A stretch of 63,997 bases of DNA, the filler included, from Malassezia furfur (taxonomy: Eukaryota): assembly GCA_052055015.1 (NCBI GenBank). It is 24 parts of 24 records of this genome, joined end to end, with 100 filler letters (N's around TTAATTAATTAA, not from the genome) between each part and the next. Parts side by side here need not be neighbours in the genome. Positions count along the whole stretch, not along the records: positions 46,062 to 48,632 come from JBQJIT010000884.1; positions 48,733 to 51,301 come from JBQJIT010000885.1; positions 51,402 to 53,969 come from JBQJIT010000886.1; positions 54,070 to 56,629 come from JBQJIT010000887.1; positions 56,730 to 59,281 come from JBQJIT010000888.1; 19 more parts are not named here. One strand, written 5' to 3'. Under the pieces are notes generated by a model. That model saw only the letters and a list, made by a program, of their open reading frames with translations, did not search any database and had not been told where the DNA came from. Shown piece after piece: positions 46,062 through 58,101 of this stretch. Made by a program: the position numbers and the translations under genes. Numbering within the stretch: position 1 is the first letter of the stretch; each line of letters opens with the position of its first letter.

Positions 46062-48632
46062 GGCGCGCCGCGTCGCCCTCGGCGGGGAAGAGCGCCGTGT
46101 GCGTCAGGCGCTCCGTCTCGTGCGCGGTGAGCATCTCGCGGTGCTTCGCGAGGTAGCTGACCAGGTCGACGTGCGACCAGTCGCCCGCGGCCACGAGGCG
46201 GTCGAGCAGGAGCTGGATCTCGACGTGCTTGCGCACGCCGAGCGCCACGAGCAGCTTCTCGACGTTGCCCTTCACCGCGAGCGTCGGGAAGGCGACGACA
46301 GGCAGGTCGGCGAGCAGCGACACGCTCGCAAAGTACGCCTCGCGCGGCCGCCGCTGGCCGTCGCGCGTCGGAATGCACGCGACGTCCTCTAGCTGCGCAG
46401 CGATCTGCTCGCGCTCGTGCTTCGGCAGGTTGCCCCACGCCCACGCCAGCGTCTGCACGACGCGCTCGGCGTTCGCCGCAGACTGCGTCACGCCGTGCGC
46501 CGCACGCACCGACGCGGCCGGCGACGCATCGAGCGTCAGCATGTACGCCAGCCACACAGGCAGCGACAGCTCCGGCCAGCCAAACACGGTGCGCAGGTCG
46601 CCGACGCGCAGGTGCCGCGACACGTCGTACACGAGGCACGTGGGCGGCAGCGGTACGCTCGGCGGCACACGCGCAGGCTGCAGCACCGTATCGACCTCGG
46701 CCAGCGCCTGGATCCGCGGCGTGCTCGACGCCTCGTCGGGCACACTGACCATCGCGTTGCGCACGAGGCGCGTGCGCAGCGACGCATCGTACGACGGGTG
46801 CTCGGCGACCATCACCCACCACCGCAGGCACGCCACCATCTCGTCGACGGACAGCGCCCGGCCGCCGAGCTCGGAAAACACGTCGTCCATCGTGATCTCC
46901 TGCACCAGGTTGCGCGCGGTGAGCTGCGCGACAAACTCGGGCGCCGCTTCGACGTGCGCCGCCGGCAGCGTCGGCAGCGCGGTGACGAACGCGGCGAGCA
47001 TCGCATTCGGCATCCGCACACCGTCCGAGCTGCGCACGCCCTGCGTCGAGGCAAGCGAGATGCACGGACGCGTGCAGCACGCAAAGAACGCCTCGTCCAG
47101 CGCCGCGTGCACGCGCCCCGACGGCGACGACGCGCGGAACGAAAAGAAGCGCATCGCATGCAGCGCCGCATCCAGCACCTGGTCGCGCGTCGCGTCCGAC
47201 CACTGGGCGCCGAGGCGCTGCAGCTCATCCTCGTACGTCGCACGCGCGACGTACCCCGCAATCGCCAGCAGCTCCGTGTTCCACCGCGCGCAGTAGCGGT
47301 CCACAAAGTCGAGCGACTCGCGCTCGACCGTCGGGATGAACCGCGCGGCAAGGTGCCCGCTGAACGACGTCGTTTGGTGCGTCCGGAAGCCGATAAACAC
47401 GCGGCCCTGGTCTTCGAGCGCGGGCATCAGCCCGGAGAACACGCGGCGCACATGCACGTCGAGGTCGGCGTGCGCGGACGCCGGCGGCGGCGTCTCGCTC
47501 GCCTCCAGCTCGTCTTTCCGCATAAAGACCATCTGCAGCGGCGTCGTGCGCGGCAGCTGCTTTTTCGTGCTGCGCTCGATCTCGCGCGCAAACGACGCGT
47601 CCGCGGACACGCTCGACACCGCCGACACGACGTGCAAGTGCAGCGCCGCGGGCACCAGCGCGAGCTGCGCCGCGGCGTCGAGCGTGGAAGCGGCACCGAC
47701 GGGCGCGGCCGCCTTGCTGGGCGCGCGGCCCAGCGCGCTCGACAGCATCGACGTGAGACCCGCGCCCGCCGACTTGGACCACGCCGAGAGCGTGTTCTTG
47801 AGCGTGGGGCGCTCACGCTCCGCCTGGGCGGCCGCCTCAACGAGCACGAGGCGCGCGACGTCCAGGCGGATGTGCACGGCGCTCGTGTGCATCGACTGCA
47901 CACGCAGCAGCTTTTTGGGCGACACGCCGCTCAGGTGGCGCGACGGCGACAGAGGCTGCGGCGCGCCCACCTCTTTCGACACGCGGCACAGCTCCACGTC
48001 GTCGAGAAAGAGCGCCACGCGCCGCACGCCCGCGGTAAAGAGCAGCGACGTCGCCAGAAACTGGCACAGCGCCAAAGGCGACTCGGGGAACGGCGTCGGC
48101 TCGCGCAGCGCCATCAGGAACGTCGTCCATGGCGCACCGGTGCTCGACACCTCGGTCTGCGGCGCCTGTGCGCGCCGCGTAAAGAGCGCATCGCCTTTCC
48201 AGAAGAAGCCCATCAGCTCGTCACCAGACAGCACGATCGGCTCCTCACAAATACTAAACAGCGAGTAGAAACCCACGCCAAACGCGCCGATGCGCTCGGG
48301 GTCGGGGTTGCCCTCGGCGATGCGCCGCAGACGGTGCCAGTCGTCGTGGCTGAACGGCTTGCCGTTGTTGCGGAACGTCCATTGCGTCAGCGGCGCCCCG
48401 ACATCGGGCACGCTCGGCACGCCCGTGGGCGGAGCGAGGTGGGGGTGCGCGACCGTGGCGTTCGTCGCGAACCGCAGCTCGCACTCGGTGGCGCCCGCAT
48501 CGTCGGCGTTCTGCAGCAGCTCGCGGAACACGGTAAACTCGGCAGAATACCGCGCAAGGATCTTGTCGATCAGCGCACGCTGGTTCACCGTGATCGCCTC
48601 ATCGGGGCGCCCATCGTCGAGCAGCGCGCGCT
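46062..48632 (-). CDS. sacsin-like GHKL-ATPase protein (DUF3684-type), partial at both ends
   Basis: TVNQRALIDKILARY..FTVFRELLQNADDAGA, NNGKPF, IAEGNPD.ERIGAFGVGFYSLFS. Confidence 0.85.
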
Positions 48633-48732
48633 NNNNNNNNNNNNNNNNNNNNNNNNNNNNNNNNNNNNNNNNNNNNTTAATTAATTAANNNNNNNNNNNN
48701 NNNNNNNNNNNNNNNNNNNNNNNNNNNNNNNN

Positions 48733-49188
48733 CGGCGCCGGCGTGCTCGCGGCCGGCGCCGCGCCGCGCCCAAACACGTACGGGCCCAAGATGTGGGTAT
48801 ACAGCAGGTAGGCGGCATACGCCGGGATCTGCGTGAGAAAGCGACCTACCACCGCGTACGTCCACCAGAACACGCGCGACACGAGCGTCGACGCGATGTG
48901 CACAAACCACGTAATGTACACCACGTCAAACATGTACGCCGTCAGCCCGCTCTGCGCCAGGTCCTCGCCGGCGTGCGCCATCGACGTGAGCTGCCAGCCG
49001 AGGAAGGCAGCGATCGCCTCGGTCACGACATACCGCGCGATGCTCGTCGCCGTGAACGACGCAGGCGTGCGCCAGAGCCCATAGTTGCCCAGCAGGTACA
49101 CCGTGTTGGACACCAGGAAGCCGTACGTCAGCGTCGTCACGGCACTCGCGTTGCCGGACGCAATGCGTTTCTGTGCGCCGCGCGCCAT
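48733..49188 (-). CDS. SND2: SRP-independent targeting protein Snd2/TMEM208 (3'-partial); probable intron 48829-48849
   Basis: MA.GAQKRIA..N, GEDLAQSGLTAYMFDVVYITW, WWTYAV|IPAYA. Confidence 0.85.
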
Positions 49189-49441
49189 GCTAGTGGAGGG
49201 AAGGCGGCCGGGGGCCGCCGCGCGCCTTGGGCGGCCGGCTGCCTGCCAGTGCCCCGGGCAAGGGCTGCTACTACGCCAGTATGGAACACGTTGTTGGGAG
49301 ACTATCGACTGCAGCAGGGATCGCTATCCACTATGCCCAGCCGTTCCAATCTCCCACGCGTGCAAGTCATGAGAAAGAGGGACACGGCCAAACGGGCTCC
49401 GTGATGACCTCGCCGAGACTATGCCTCTGCTTTTTTTTGGT

Positions 49442-50257
49442 TTAGACCGAGGCCTGGATCTCGGGCTCCTTGAACTCGCCCGACTTGATCTTGGCACCCG
49501 TGTCCTCGGCGCCAACGACGCCCGCACCGCCGTGCAGCTCGTAGAGCTTGCCAGCGTCGTACTTGGGGCGCTTGAGCACCTTGACCTTGCGGATGTACAC
49601 GTCCTTGAGCGGGTAGATGCCCTGCGTGCTCTTCTCAATCTCGCGGCCCATGACCTCGGGGATGAGCTTGGCGACAAACTCGCGCAGGTCGCACTGCGAC
49701 GACTCGCGCTGGATCACCTCGAACATCTTCTTGCGGATCTGGCGGATCTGCGACGACTTGGCGTAGGTCGTCTTCTTCACCTGGTTCGCGCGGCGGCGGG
49801 TGAAGCCAATGGCAAAGACGCGGAGGAGGTAACCGTCGGTCGTCTTAATGTCCTGGTGCGCCTCAATGAGCGTCTGCCACTTGCGCACGAGCGAGCGGAG
49901 CTTGTCCGTGGTGAAGTTCATGCCGTAGAAGCTCGTGAGACAGTTGCGGCCCTGCACCTCGTCCACCTTGAGCGAGAACTTGCGGAACGACTGCTCGTCG
50001 TCCTTGTTGAGGTCGGCAAGCGACTGCTCAATCACACGGCCCTTGAGCGCGTCCGAGGCGTTCTCTGTCGGTCAGCCAAACGGGGGTGGGTACGTACTCA
50101 GACCCTGCGAGCGGTTCACAATGGTCTTGCCGACGTTGCGGTTCTCAAAGTAGATGGGCGCCTTGATGTCGTACCATTCCTTGCGGGTGAAGGGGTCGAC
50201 CACACGCTTCTTATTACCCTTGCCCTTGGAGAGCTTCTTGTTCTTGCCGACAGCCAT
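49442..50257 (-). CDS. RPS1: 40S ribosomal protein eS1 (S3a); intron 50065-50097
   Basis: [44 protein letters not shown]. Confidence 0.97.
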
Positions 50258-50319
50258 GGTGAACAAGTTGGTTGGAAGCTGCGCTGCCCCCCCGCCGCTC
50301 TTACCCCTCCCCTGTACAC

Positions 50320-50367
50320 CACGTGATTTTCCTGAAACTACGTATCTCCATCACGTGATGCCACGTG
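50320..50367. promoter_or_regulatory. cluster of three CACGTG E-boxes upstream of RPS1
   Basis: CACGTGA 50320, TCACGTGA 50351, CACGTG 50362 in a 110-nt intergenic region. Confidence 0.55.
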
Positions 50368-51301
50368 CTAACGGCGCGCACGGCCCGCACGCTGGGCGTC
50401 GCGGCGGCTGCGGCTGCGGTGAGTGCGGGGGACGACGTACCGGCTGGCGCGCATGTCCGCCTCCTCCATCTTTTCCATCTCGGCCTCGCTCAGGAACTCG
50501 AGCAGCGGACCAAAGTCGGGCGCATCGTGGAAGTCGCGCCACACGCCCTCGAGCGGCCGCGGGCCGAGCGCCAGTAGATCCCGTAGCGTCGCCAGCGCCT
50601 GCTCCTTGCGCACCGCCAGCGGCAGCGTCTTGTCCGGCACCAGGAACGGCACCGACAGCGACGTGTCCGCCGCTGCCGCACCTGCCGCCAGGCGCCGGCT
50701 CCGTGTGTTCGGCGGGGCAAGCACGTCGCCGGCCTCGTCGCGCACCGACGCATCGGGGTCCAGCGTGCTCGCCGCCTCGGCCGCGCGGCGCTGTGCGTCG
50801 TCGCCCGCAGCCTCCGCGTCGTGGGCCCCCGCTTGCTCCGCAGCGGCCTGCATCTCGGCCTGCTCGCGCTTGTACACCTCCACGAGCTCGTCCATGGTGC
50901 ACCGGTAAATCTTGCCGCTGCCAAACAGCCCGAGCTCGAGCGCGGCGCGCCGGTGGCGCAGCAGCTGCTCGCGCACCGCATGCGAGATGAGCACCGTGCT
51001 CTCCGTGCTCAGCCCGAGGTCGCGCGTCAGACTCTGCGCAAACGCCTCGGGCGTCAGCGGCGAGGTCAGGTCCCACTCGAGGCGGTCACGCAGCATGTGC
51101 CGCAGGATTTGCACCTCGTACTGCGTCAGCGCTCCACGTACATCCACAATCACGCGCAAATCGTCCTCCGCGTCGACGCTCGCGAGCGTCTCGCGCACGC
51201 GCGCCTTTTCGGCCGCCTTGGGGTCGGTGAGCGCCGCGGCCGCCTCGCGCTCCTCCGCCGGCGAGTCGCGCGGCGGCGCGTCCTGCACAAACGCGATCGG
51301 C
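50368..51301 (-). CDS. SFH1: Snf5-family RSC subunit Sfh1 (5'-partial); probable introns 51121-51141, 50414-50440
   Basis: DDLRVIVD|YEVQI..LRDRLEWDL..TPEAFA...DLGL..ISHAVREQLL; GVWRD..FGPLLE.LS. Confidence 0.8.
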
Positions 51302-51401
51302 NNNNNNNNNNNNNNNNNNNNNNNNNNNNNNNNNNNNNNNNNNNNTTAATTAATTAANNNNNNNNNNNNNNNNNNNNNNNNNNNNNNNNNNNNNNNNNNN
51401 N

Positions 51402-52753
51402 GCGCGCTGCTCCTCCAGCGCGCGCTTCTCTGCCTCGGCGTCGCGCAGCTGCGCCCAGCGTGCGTCGGCGTCGATGCGCGCACCGCCCCGCACGTCCCAC
51501 AGGAACGGCGCGAGGTTGATCGCGCGCTCGACGCAGAAGGGCGGCAGTGTGCCCGCAGCGCCGTCGCGCTGCACGTTGAGCAGGAGGACGTCGGCGGCGT
51601 GCGTGATGAGCAGCGAGTCCATCTCGCTGCTCGCGCGCAGCTTCGACACGAGGCACGCATGCACTGTCGTATCCGTGTCGGTGTGCATGAGCGTGATGGT
51701 CGCTGTGGGCTGTGCGGCGCCGCTCGGCGGCACGGCGCCGTCCACCGGCGCGCTCGGCAGCGCGACGGCCGCAAACGACTGGAAGAGGTGTGCGGCGCGC
51801 GCCTCGGCCTCGGCACGCACGGCCGCGGTTTCGGCGCGCGTCGTGCACACGACCTGCTCGGTGACGAGGTGCGTGGCATCGAGGTAGGCGTGCACGAGCG
51901 CCTCGAGGAGCACCTCGAGCAGTGCGGGTGTGTCGGCGTTGCGGCTCGCGCGCAGGATCACGTCGGACGGCACGTACTCGAGCACGTCGCCGAGCACGAG
52001 CACCGCGCGCGCCGTGTGCTGCATCGTGGTGAACAGCGTCTGGATGCGCTGCACCCACGCGAGGTGCGCCCGGCTTTCCGCGGGGACGGGCGTGTCGTCC
52101 GGGCGGCGGAGCGCCGGCGCGCCGCGCCAGTAGTCCTCGAGCGAGACGATCGTCTCGGCGCGTGGGAAGCGCAGGAATGCGTCGCGTGCGCGCGGCACGG
52201 CATAGAGCGCCTGCAGCGCCAGGGCGACGGCGGTGTGGGCCGGGACTTTGGGGACGAGCACCACGGGGCTGCGTGAGTCGTGCAACATACGCTCCGTCTG
52301 TGCGCCGTCGGTCAAACGCGCGCATGTCTTCGGCGTGTGCGGCATCGCGCTGCGTCTCGGACTGGACGCTCTCGGCGAGCACGCGCATCAGTTCCTCGTC
52401 GTCCGACGCGCGGTGTCCGTCGGGCGCGGGCTGTTCGGCCATCGACGCGGCCATCGCCTTTTGCAGCTCCACGTCCTCGTCATCGCGGTCCGTGTACGAG
52501 GGGGGCGCGGGCAGCGCCGCGGGCGCGGCCGACTGGGCGGGCGGCGCCGAGGGGGGCGCGGGCCTAGGCGCCGGCTCGGGCGCCGACATGTCGAGCAAGC
52601 GGTTCATTGCGCGGTCGACATCGTGCCCCGTGTCCTGCGTGAGCGTGGTGCGCGCGGCGTACCTGGAGTGCCTGTGCGGCCTGCTCGGCCGTGCACCCGA
52701 GAATCGCCTGCAACTGCCTGCGTGAGTCGGCGCACGTACTGCACGGCGTCCAT
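51402..52753 (-). CDS. UBA-like + double UIM protein (3'-partial); introns 52718-52739, 52635-52662, 52269-52290
   Basis: spliced MDAVQQLQAILGCTAEQAAQALQDTGHDVDRAMNRLL, UIMs DVELQKAMAASM and DEELMRVLAESV. Confidence 0.75.
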
Positions 52754-52923
52754 CGTCGTGGCCTCCACACGGCCGGAGCGGTGCGAAGACGCGAGTAGGG
52801 CGCGTGGAGGCGGGGGGCACACGCACGGCAGGGACCCAGGACACACCACGGCAGGGGCCTACGCACGGCGGGGGCCCACGGCGCGCGGCAGATGCAAACA
52901 GCGGGGCGACGTTACGCGTGTAT

Positions 52924-53969
52924 CTACGGCTCGAGCGCGAGCGATGCACTCTGGATCTGTGCGGCAGGGAGCGTGTCGAGCTGGAGCGCCTCGGCGAGCA
53001 GCGGGAGATCCATCACGACGTCGGCGATGCGTGCGGCGTGCTCCTGGAGCGCCTGGAAATCGCGCACGATCATGGCCTTGATGCGCAGGCGGTACAGGTT
53101 GAGGAGTGTGTCCCAGCTCTGGGAGAGTTCCTGGTCGTCGTAGAACGGCACCATGCTCGGCTGCAAGTTCGTCTCGATGTACAGCGAGAGGGCGTCGTTC
53201 GCCGACAGATCGGACACAAACGTGCCGAGGAACGGCACGTACACGCGGCTGCCCTCGCCGCTGCCCGCGAGCGTCGCGAGCGTCGCCTGGCGCAGCTGCG
53301 AGAACTGGTCGCGCGGCGAGGTGAAGCGGCGCAGCGCGTCAAACACGCGCATCTCCCATGCGCCGACGCGCTGCCACGTCGCCTCGAGGCGCGCGACCCA
53401 CGGCGACTGCAGGCCAAACAGGATCTGACACAGCGTCGCGTGGTTGCCGAGCATGTAGCAGTCCCATGCGATGCGGATCCACTTGCACACGACCGCGACG
53501 CGCTCGTCGGCGTCGAGCGTCGTGACAATGTGGCTCGCGACCCACGCACACGCGCGGTTGAAGCGCGCGACGAGCAGGTGCGTCGCCGCCTGCTTGGGCA
53601 CGGGCGGCGCGCGCGCCTCGGGCGTCGCCGGCCCTGCGTGGCTAATGCGCCACGTGACGTACTCCTGGTACTCGCGCTGCCACTGCTCCTGCTGCACCGC
53701 GTGGTGGTCCCAGCTGAGGTCCGCGAGCTCGGTCCAGTGCACGAGTGCGAGCAGCTGCTTCTCGAGCGCAGTGAGCTGCCGCGCGATCGTCTCGGAGCGC
53801 TGCGTGAGGAGCAGCGTGCCGCGCTGCGCCCACCCCGCGGGGAGCGTCGGCGTCGCGGTGGGCCGTGCGGCGATCCGCATCGACAGGCGCCGCGCGTCGC
53901 GCCACGACGCGTTGGCGTGCGCCGGGATCCACTGGATCGGGCCGTCGCGCGTGCGCTGCACCTCGCCGC
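52924..53969 (-). CDS. RasGEF (Cdc25-homology) domain, Lte1-like (5'-partial)
   Basis: IARQLTALE, ARFN..CAWVASHIV, N.ATLCQILFGLQS, VPFLGTFVSDL. Confidence 0.82.
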
Positions 53970-54069
53970 NNNNNNNNNNNNNNNNNNNNNNNNNNNNNNN
54001 NNNNNNNNNNNNNTTAATTAATTAANNNNNNNNNNNNNNNNNNNNNNNNNNNNNNNNNNNNNNNNNNNN

Positions 54070-55872
54070 TTGTTCAGTGTGCAGCCGCCCGCCCCGCCGC
54101 GCCCGGCGACGCGCGCACAGGCCGCACTTGCGCGCCGCGCTGCGCCGCTGCTCGACGACGCAGAGCGTGCACTGGGCATCGCACTGCAGCGCACCGCCGT
54201 GGTGGGCGACGTGCGGATTGTACGCCGCGCACTGCGCACGTCGTACGCTGCCTGTCTCCTGCAAGCTGTCGTGCGACCGGAGCAGCAGGTAGAGCGCGCA
54301 CGCCGCGCCGCGGCGCTGCTCAACGCCGCGGCATCGGTCGGCGTACGCCGCGCGTTTGTCGACGTGGCCTTCCGCCGGGCGCATCCCGTGCTGAGCGACG
54401 GCGCGCCGCGTGTGCCGCCGCCGCCGTCGCCACCGAGCACCCGCGTGCATGCGAGCGTCGCGGGCGACGCGTCCCTTGGGCGTGACGTCCACTGGGCGCT
54501 GCCGGCGCACACGGCCGCCGCCGTTGTATCGCTCTCCGATGACCGACGCGAGCTGCATCTCGCGCACGTCACCTCGGCGACGTGTGCCGTCTATACCCTG
54601 CCCATCGACCGCCAGAGCCGGCGCGAGGGCGACGACGAGGCGTACACGCCCGATGCCGTGCTCGACGAGCTGCGCACGATCCTCGCGGCGTCCAACGCGA
54701 GTGTGCACACGGCCAAAGACGTACACGCGCTCGAGGCGCGCAAGGCGTGGTGGACGCACCGCCGGGAGCTCGATGCGGCGCTGCGCACGCTGCTCGATGG
54801 CGTACAGGCAACGTGGCTCGGGGCGTTCCAGGGGCTGCTGGCGCCGCCGCCGGCGCACCTCGCGCCACTGCGCGCGCAGGCGACGCGCGCCTTGGCGCAC
54901 GCCTGCGCGGGGCACACATCGCATGGCGATGCCATCACCGTGAGCGACGCGGCCCTCTTGTGCCTTGCGGCGCTCCCGAGCGACTGCACGATCGAGGTGC
55001 TCGAAGACTGGGCGCACTTTGCGATGGACGCGTGCCAGCTATCTGGTGTGCCGATCGCACAGGACGAGGTGGACATGGACGAGCTGTGTGTGGACCTGCG
55101 TAGCGCACTCGACGAGCACCATGCGCGCATGCGCCGTGCGCACGATGGTGCGTCCGCGGAAGACGACCCACATCTCTTCCTCGTGCTCGACCGGGAGGTG
55201 TGTGACCTGCCGTGGGAGTCGCTGCCGGTGCTCCGTGCGCGCTCCGTGAGCCGCGTGCCGGCGCTCGAGTTTGTGGGCGCGGCACACGACCCCCACGAAG
55301 CGCCGGTGCCGCCCACCATGCTTGATCCGCGCCGCACCGCCTACCTGCTCAATCCCGGCGGCGACTTGGTGCGCAGCGAAGCGCGCTTTGCGCCGCTCCT
55401 CCGCGCCCAGCCGGGATGGCAAGGCACCATCGGCCACGCCCCGGTTGTCGACGAGGTCGCGCGCGCACTCGGCAAGGCGGATACATTTCTGTACTTTGGG
55501 CACGCGGGCGGCGAGTTGTACGTACAGCCGACGCAGCTGCGTGCGCTCCAGCGGTGCGCGGCCGCGATGCTCTGGGGGTGCTCGAGCGGCGTGCTGCGTG
55601 ACGGCGGCACGTTCGATCCGGACGGCACGCCGTTGCGCTACATGACTGCGCAGTGCCCTGCGCTCGTCGCCAATCTCTGGGACGCAACGGACAAGGAGCT
55701 TGACGGCGTGTGTGAAGCCGTGCTCCGTGCCGTGGGGCTGCTGCCTGGCGGTACGGCACCGATGCCACTGGCTCGCGCGGTGGCACACGCACGGAGCCAG
55801 TGCAAGCTGCCCTACCTCACCGGCGCTGCGTGCATCGTCTACGGCGTGCCCGCAACCTGGCTCGGCGCTTAG
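54070..55872 (+). CDS. ESP1: separase C50 protease domain (5'-partial)
   Basis: WW..R.ELD, LPWESLP.LR..SVSRVP, YLLNPGGDL, FLYFGHAGG, LWGCSSG, NLWD.TDKELD, L.GAAC.VYGVP. Confidence 0.95.
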   Translation: MFSVQPPAPPRPATRAQAALARRAAPLLDDAERALGIALQRTAVVGDVRIVRRALRTSYAACLLQAVVRPEQQVERARRAAALLNAAASVGVRRAFVDVAFRRAHPVLSDGAPRVPPPPSPPSTRVHASVAGDASLGRDVHWALPAHTAAAVVSLSDDRRELHLAHVTSATCAVYTLPIDRQSRREGDDEAYTPDAVLDELRTILAASNASVHTAKDVHALEARKAWWTHRRELDAALRTLLDGVQATWLGAFQGLLAPPPAHLAPLRAQATRALAHACAGHTSHGDAITVSDAALLCLAALPSDCTIEVLEDWAHFAMDACQLSGVPIAQDEVDMDELCVDLRSALDEHHARMRRAHDGASAEDDPHLFLVLDREVCDLPWESLPVLRARSVSRVPALEFVGAAHDPHEAPVPPTMLDPRRTAYLLNPGGDLVRSEARFAPLLRAQPGWQGTIGHAPVVDEVARALGKADTFLYFGHAGGELYVQPTQLRALQRCAAAMLWGCSSGVLRDGGTFDPDGTPLRYMTAQCPALVANLWDATDKELDGVCEAVLRAVGLLPGGTAPMPLARAVAHARSQCKLPYLTGAACIVYGVPATWLGA

Positions 55873-55959
55873 CCAGGACCGTCGCCTCGTAGTCACATCC
55901 TCCTCCGCTATGGGCTATAGCAAATGCATCCACCTGCACCGCCCCTCCCCTGGGTATCG

Positions 55960-56569
55960 CTACTTGGACGCCGACTGCGTCAGCGGGCCACGTACCTCGA
56001 TCAGCGCCGTGATCTGCTTCTGCCGCGCACGCAGCGCCCGCACCGCTGCGCTCTGCTCGCGCTGCCGCGTAGTAAGCTCGGTCTCGAGCGCCTTGGCCTG
56101 CTGCTCCAGCCTGCGTCAGTCGTGTAACGCACCGCCGCCGCTCCTCGAGCTCAAACTGCAGGCGATGTACGAGCAGCAGATGCGCGTCCTCGCACACCGC
56201 CGGCGTGCGGCTTTCTTCCGGCGCGTGCGCCAAAAACGCGTCCATGGGCCGCAGTGGTACCTCCTCGTACACCGTGTCGAGCGGGTCGCACGCGGCAATC
56301 TGTGCCTCAAGCTGCGTGCGCTCGTATACGAGGTGCTGCAGCTCGCGTGCGGCCGCGTCGACCTCGTCGCGCGCCGTGCGCACCTGCGCACGCGCCGCGG
56401 CCTGCGCCGCGTATGCCGCGCGGTTCGCGGCCTTGAGCTGCGCAAGCGCCTGTGTGCTCTGCATTAGCACCTCATAGCGCCCTGCATCGTCGCCTGCGTA
56501 CGGCGGCGCGTGCGTGGGCAGCGCCAGCACGGCGTGCGCCGCGTGCTGGGCGTCGGTGCTCGTCGTCAT
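55960..56569 (-). CDS. THO complex subunit Thoc5/FMIP-like short protein; introns 56111-56132, 55975-55995
   Basis: LKAANRAAY...R.EVD...LQHLVYE..QL..QI..C, HLLLVHRLQFELEERRRL. Confidence 0.8.
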
Positions 56570-56729
56570 GGGTGGGGGTATTTTTGCAAATTCTACAGGA
56601 GCGAGTCGGCGAGCATGGCGCGCCAGAGCNNNNNNNNNNNNNNNNNNNNNNNNNNNNNNNNNNNNNNNNNNNNTTAATTAATTAANNNNNNNNNNNNNNN
56701 NNNNNNNNNNNNNNNNNNNNNNNNNNNNN

Positions 56730-58055
56730 CGAGGTGCGCGGCGCCAATGCCGGCGCCGGCGCCGCAAGAGGCGCCGCGGCCCGCTCGCTGCCCACGCCGT
56801 CGATGATCGCCTGGCACGACCGCGCGCCGCGCTTGGACTCGATCCAGTGCGTAAACGGCGCGGCGAACGACTTGTCTTCGTCGAGCACCGTCGCCTTGTT
56901 GACCTTGGCGACGCGGTCGCCGTGCGGCGCGTCGGACACCTCGACACCGAGCGTCTCGAGGAACGCGGCGCAGTCCGCGTCCGAGTCCATGGCGAGCACG
57001 TCGGTGAGGTAGGCGAGCGGGAGCCCCATGTGCTGTGCGAGGTAGGCCTTGGTGCAGGTCTTGATGGCGCCGATGCGCACGCTGCAGAACAGGTTCTCGG
57101 CGAGGCACGACACGAGGTAGGGCGCCTCGGCGCTGCGCAGCACCGCAAAGAAGCGCGTGAAAAAGTTGGGCGTCGACTCGGTGTTGACCGGATTGCCGCG
57201 CTTCTCGAGCAGGTTGGAGCGCTGGAGCAGCGTGCGCAGCCGCACCGCCAGCTGGATCTCGGGCGCACGGAAGACGGGCGTGGGCAGCAGCTCGATCTCG
57301 CGCAGCGCCTCGGGGTCGCGCGCGTGCAGCAGCAGGTTGTACGCGCGGAACTCGGGCTCGTTCGCACACGTGTGCCCCAGCACGCGCTGGTCGTCGTAGT
57401 ACTCGATCAGGCTGCGCAGCGTCTTGCGCAGCTGCTCGAGCTCCTGCTGCTCGCTCCACGCCTCGGCATGCACGCCGCCCTTCCAGTGCAGGCACAGAAT
57501 GTGGTAGCGTGCGATGCGCTCGTGGCACGCGATCGCGACGGGCCCCGTGTCGCTCTGGACGATAAAGTCTTGGCGCACCGCCCGCGTCCGGTTCCACAAA
57601 AACGGCTGGACGGCGGCGAACTGCGCGTCGCCGGGGTCGCGCGGGAGCAGCGTGTGGAAGAGGTAGTCGAGCGTGCGCTCCAGCACGCGCGCGGGGCGCA
57701 CCTCCTCGGGGAGCGGCAGCTCGCGCCCGGCGGCCGGCCGGCGGTAGATCTTGACCGCCGCTGCGGGGTCCGCCTTGTGCGTGCCGGGGTATACTTCGAG
57801 GCGGTCGAGCTCCTTCTGCACCTCGCGCTCCAGGCGCTCGTACTCGGGGCACATGTCCTCGCACACGCCCACCAGCTTCGTCGCGTCCTCGAGCAGGCCG
57901 GGGCGCGCCGGGTCCGGCAGCACGCCGCGCGCAATGTACTCGGCGCGTTTCTGTGCATAGAGCGCCTTGAGCTCCGCCATGCGCGCCGTCGTATCGTCGT
58001 GGCGCGCACGGAAGCGCGCGATGCGCTCGTCGTCGCCCGCGCCGACGGCGTGCAT
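56730..58055 (-). CDS. SAC3: Sac3/GANP PCI-domain mRNA export factor (3'-partial)
   Basis: VGVCEDMCPEYER, AVKIYRRPAAG, VRP.VLERTLDYL, FLWNRTRAVRQDF.VQ, ERIARYHI, NEPEFRAY. Confidence 0.92.
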
Positions 58056-58101
58056 CGTGCGCCGGAAGAACCCCGGGGCGGGCGCCCACCTCCACCCGAC
58101 G

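Noticed and set aside
55960..58055. Apparent THO (THOC5) + TREX-2 (SAC3) gene cluster; likewise securin, separase and APC2 in one window
   Set aside because: Different contigs joined by spacers; order reflects contig length, not linkage
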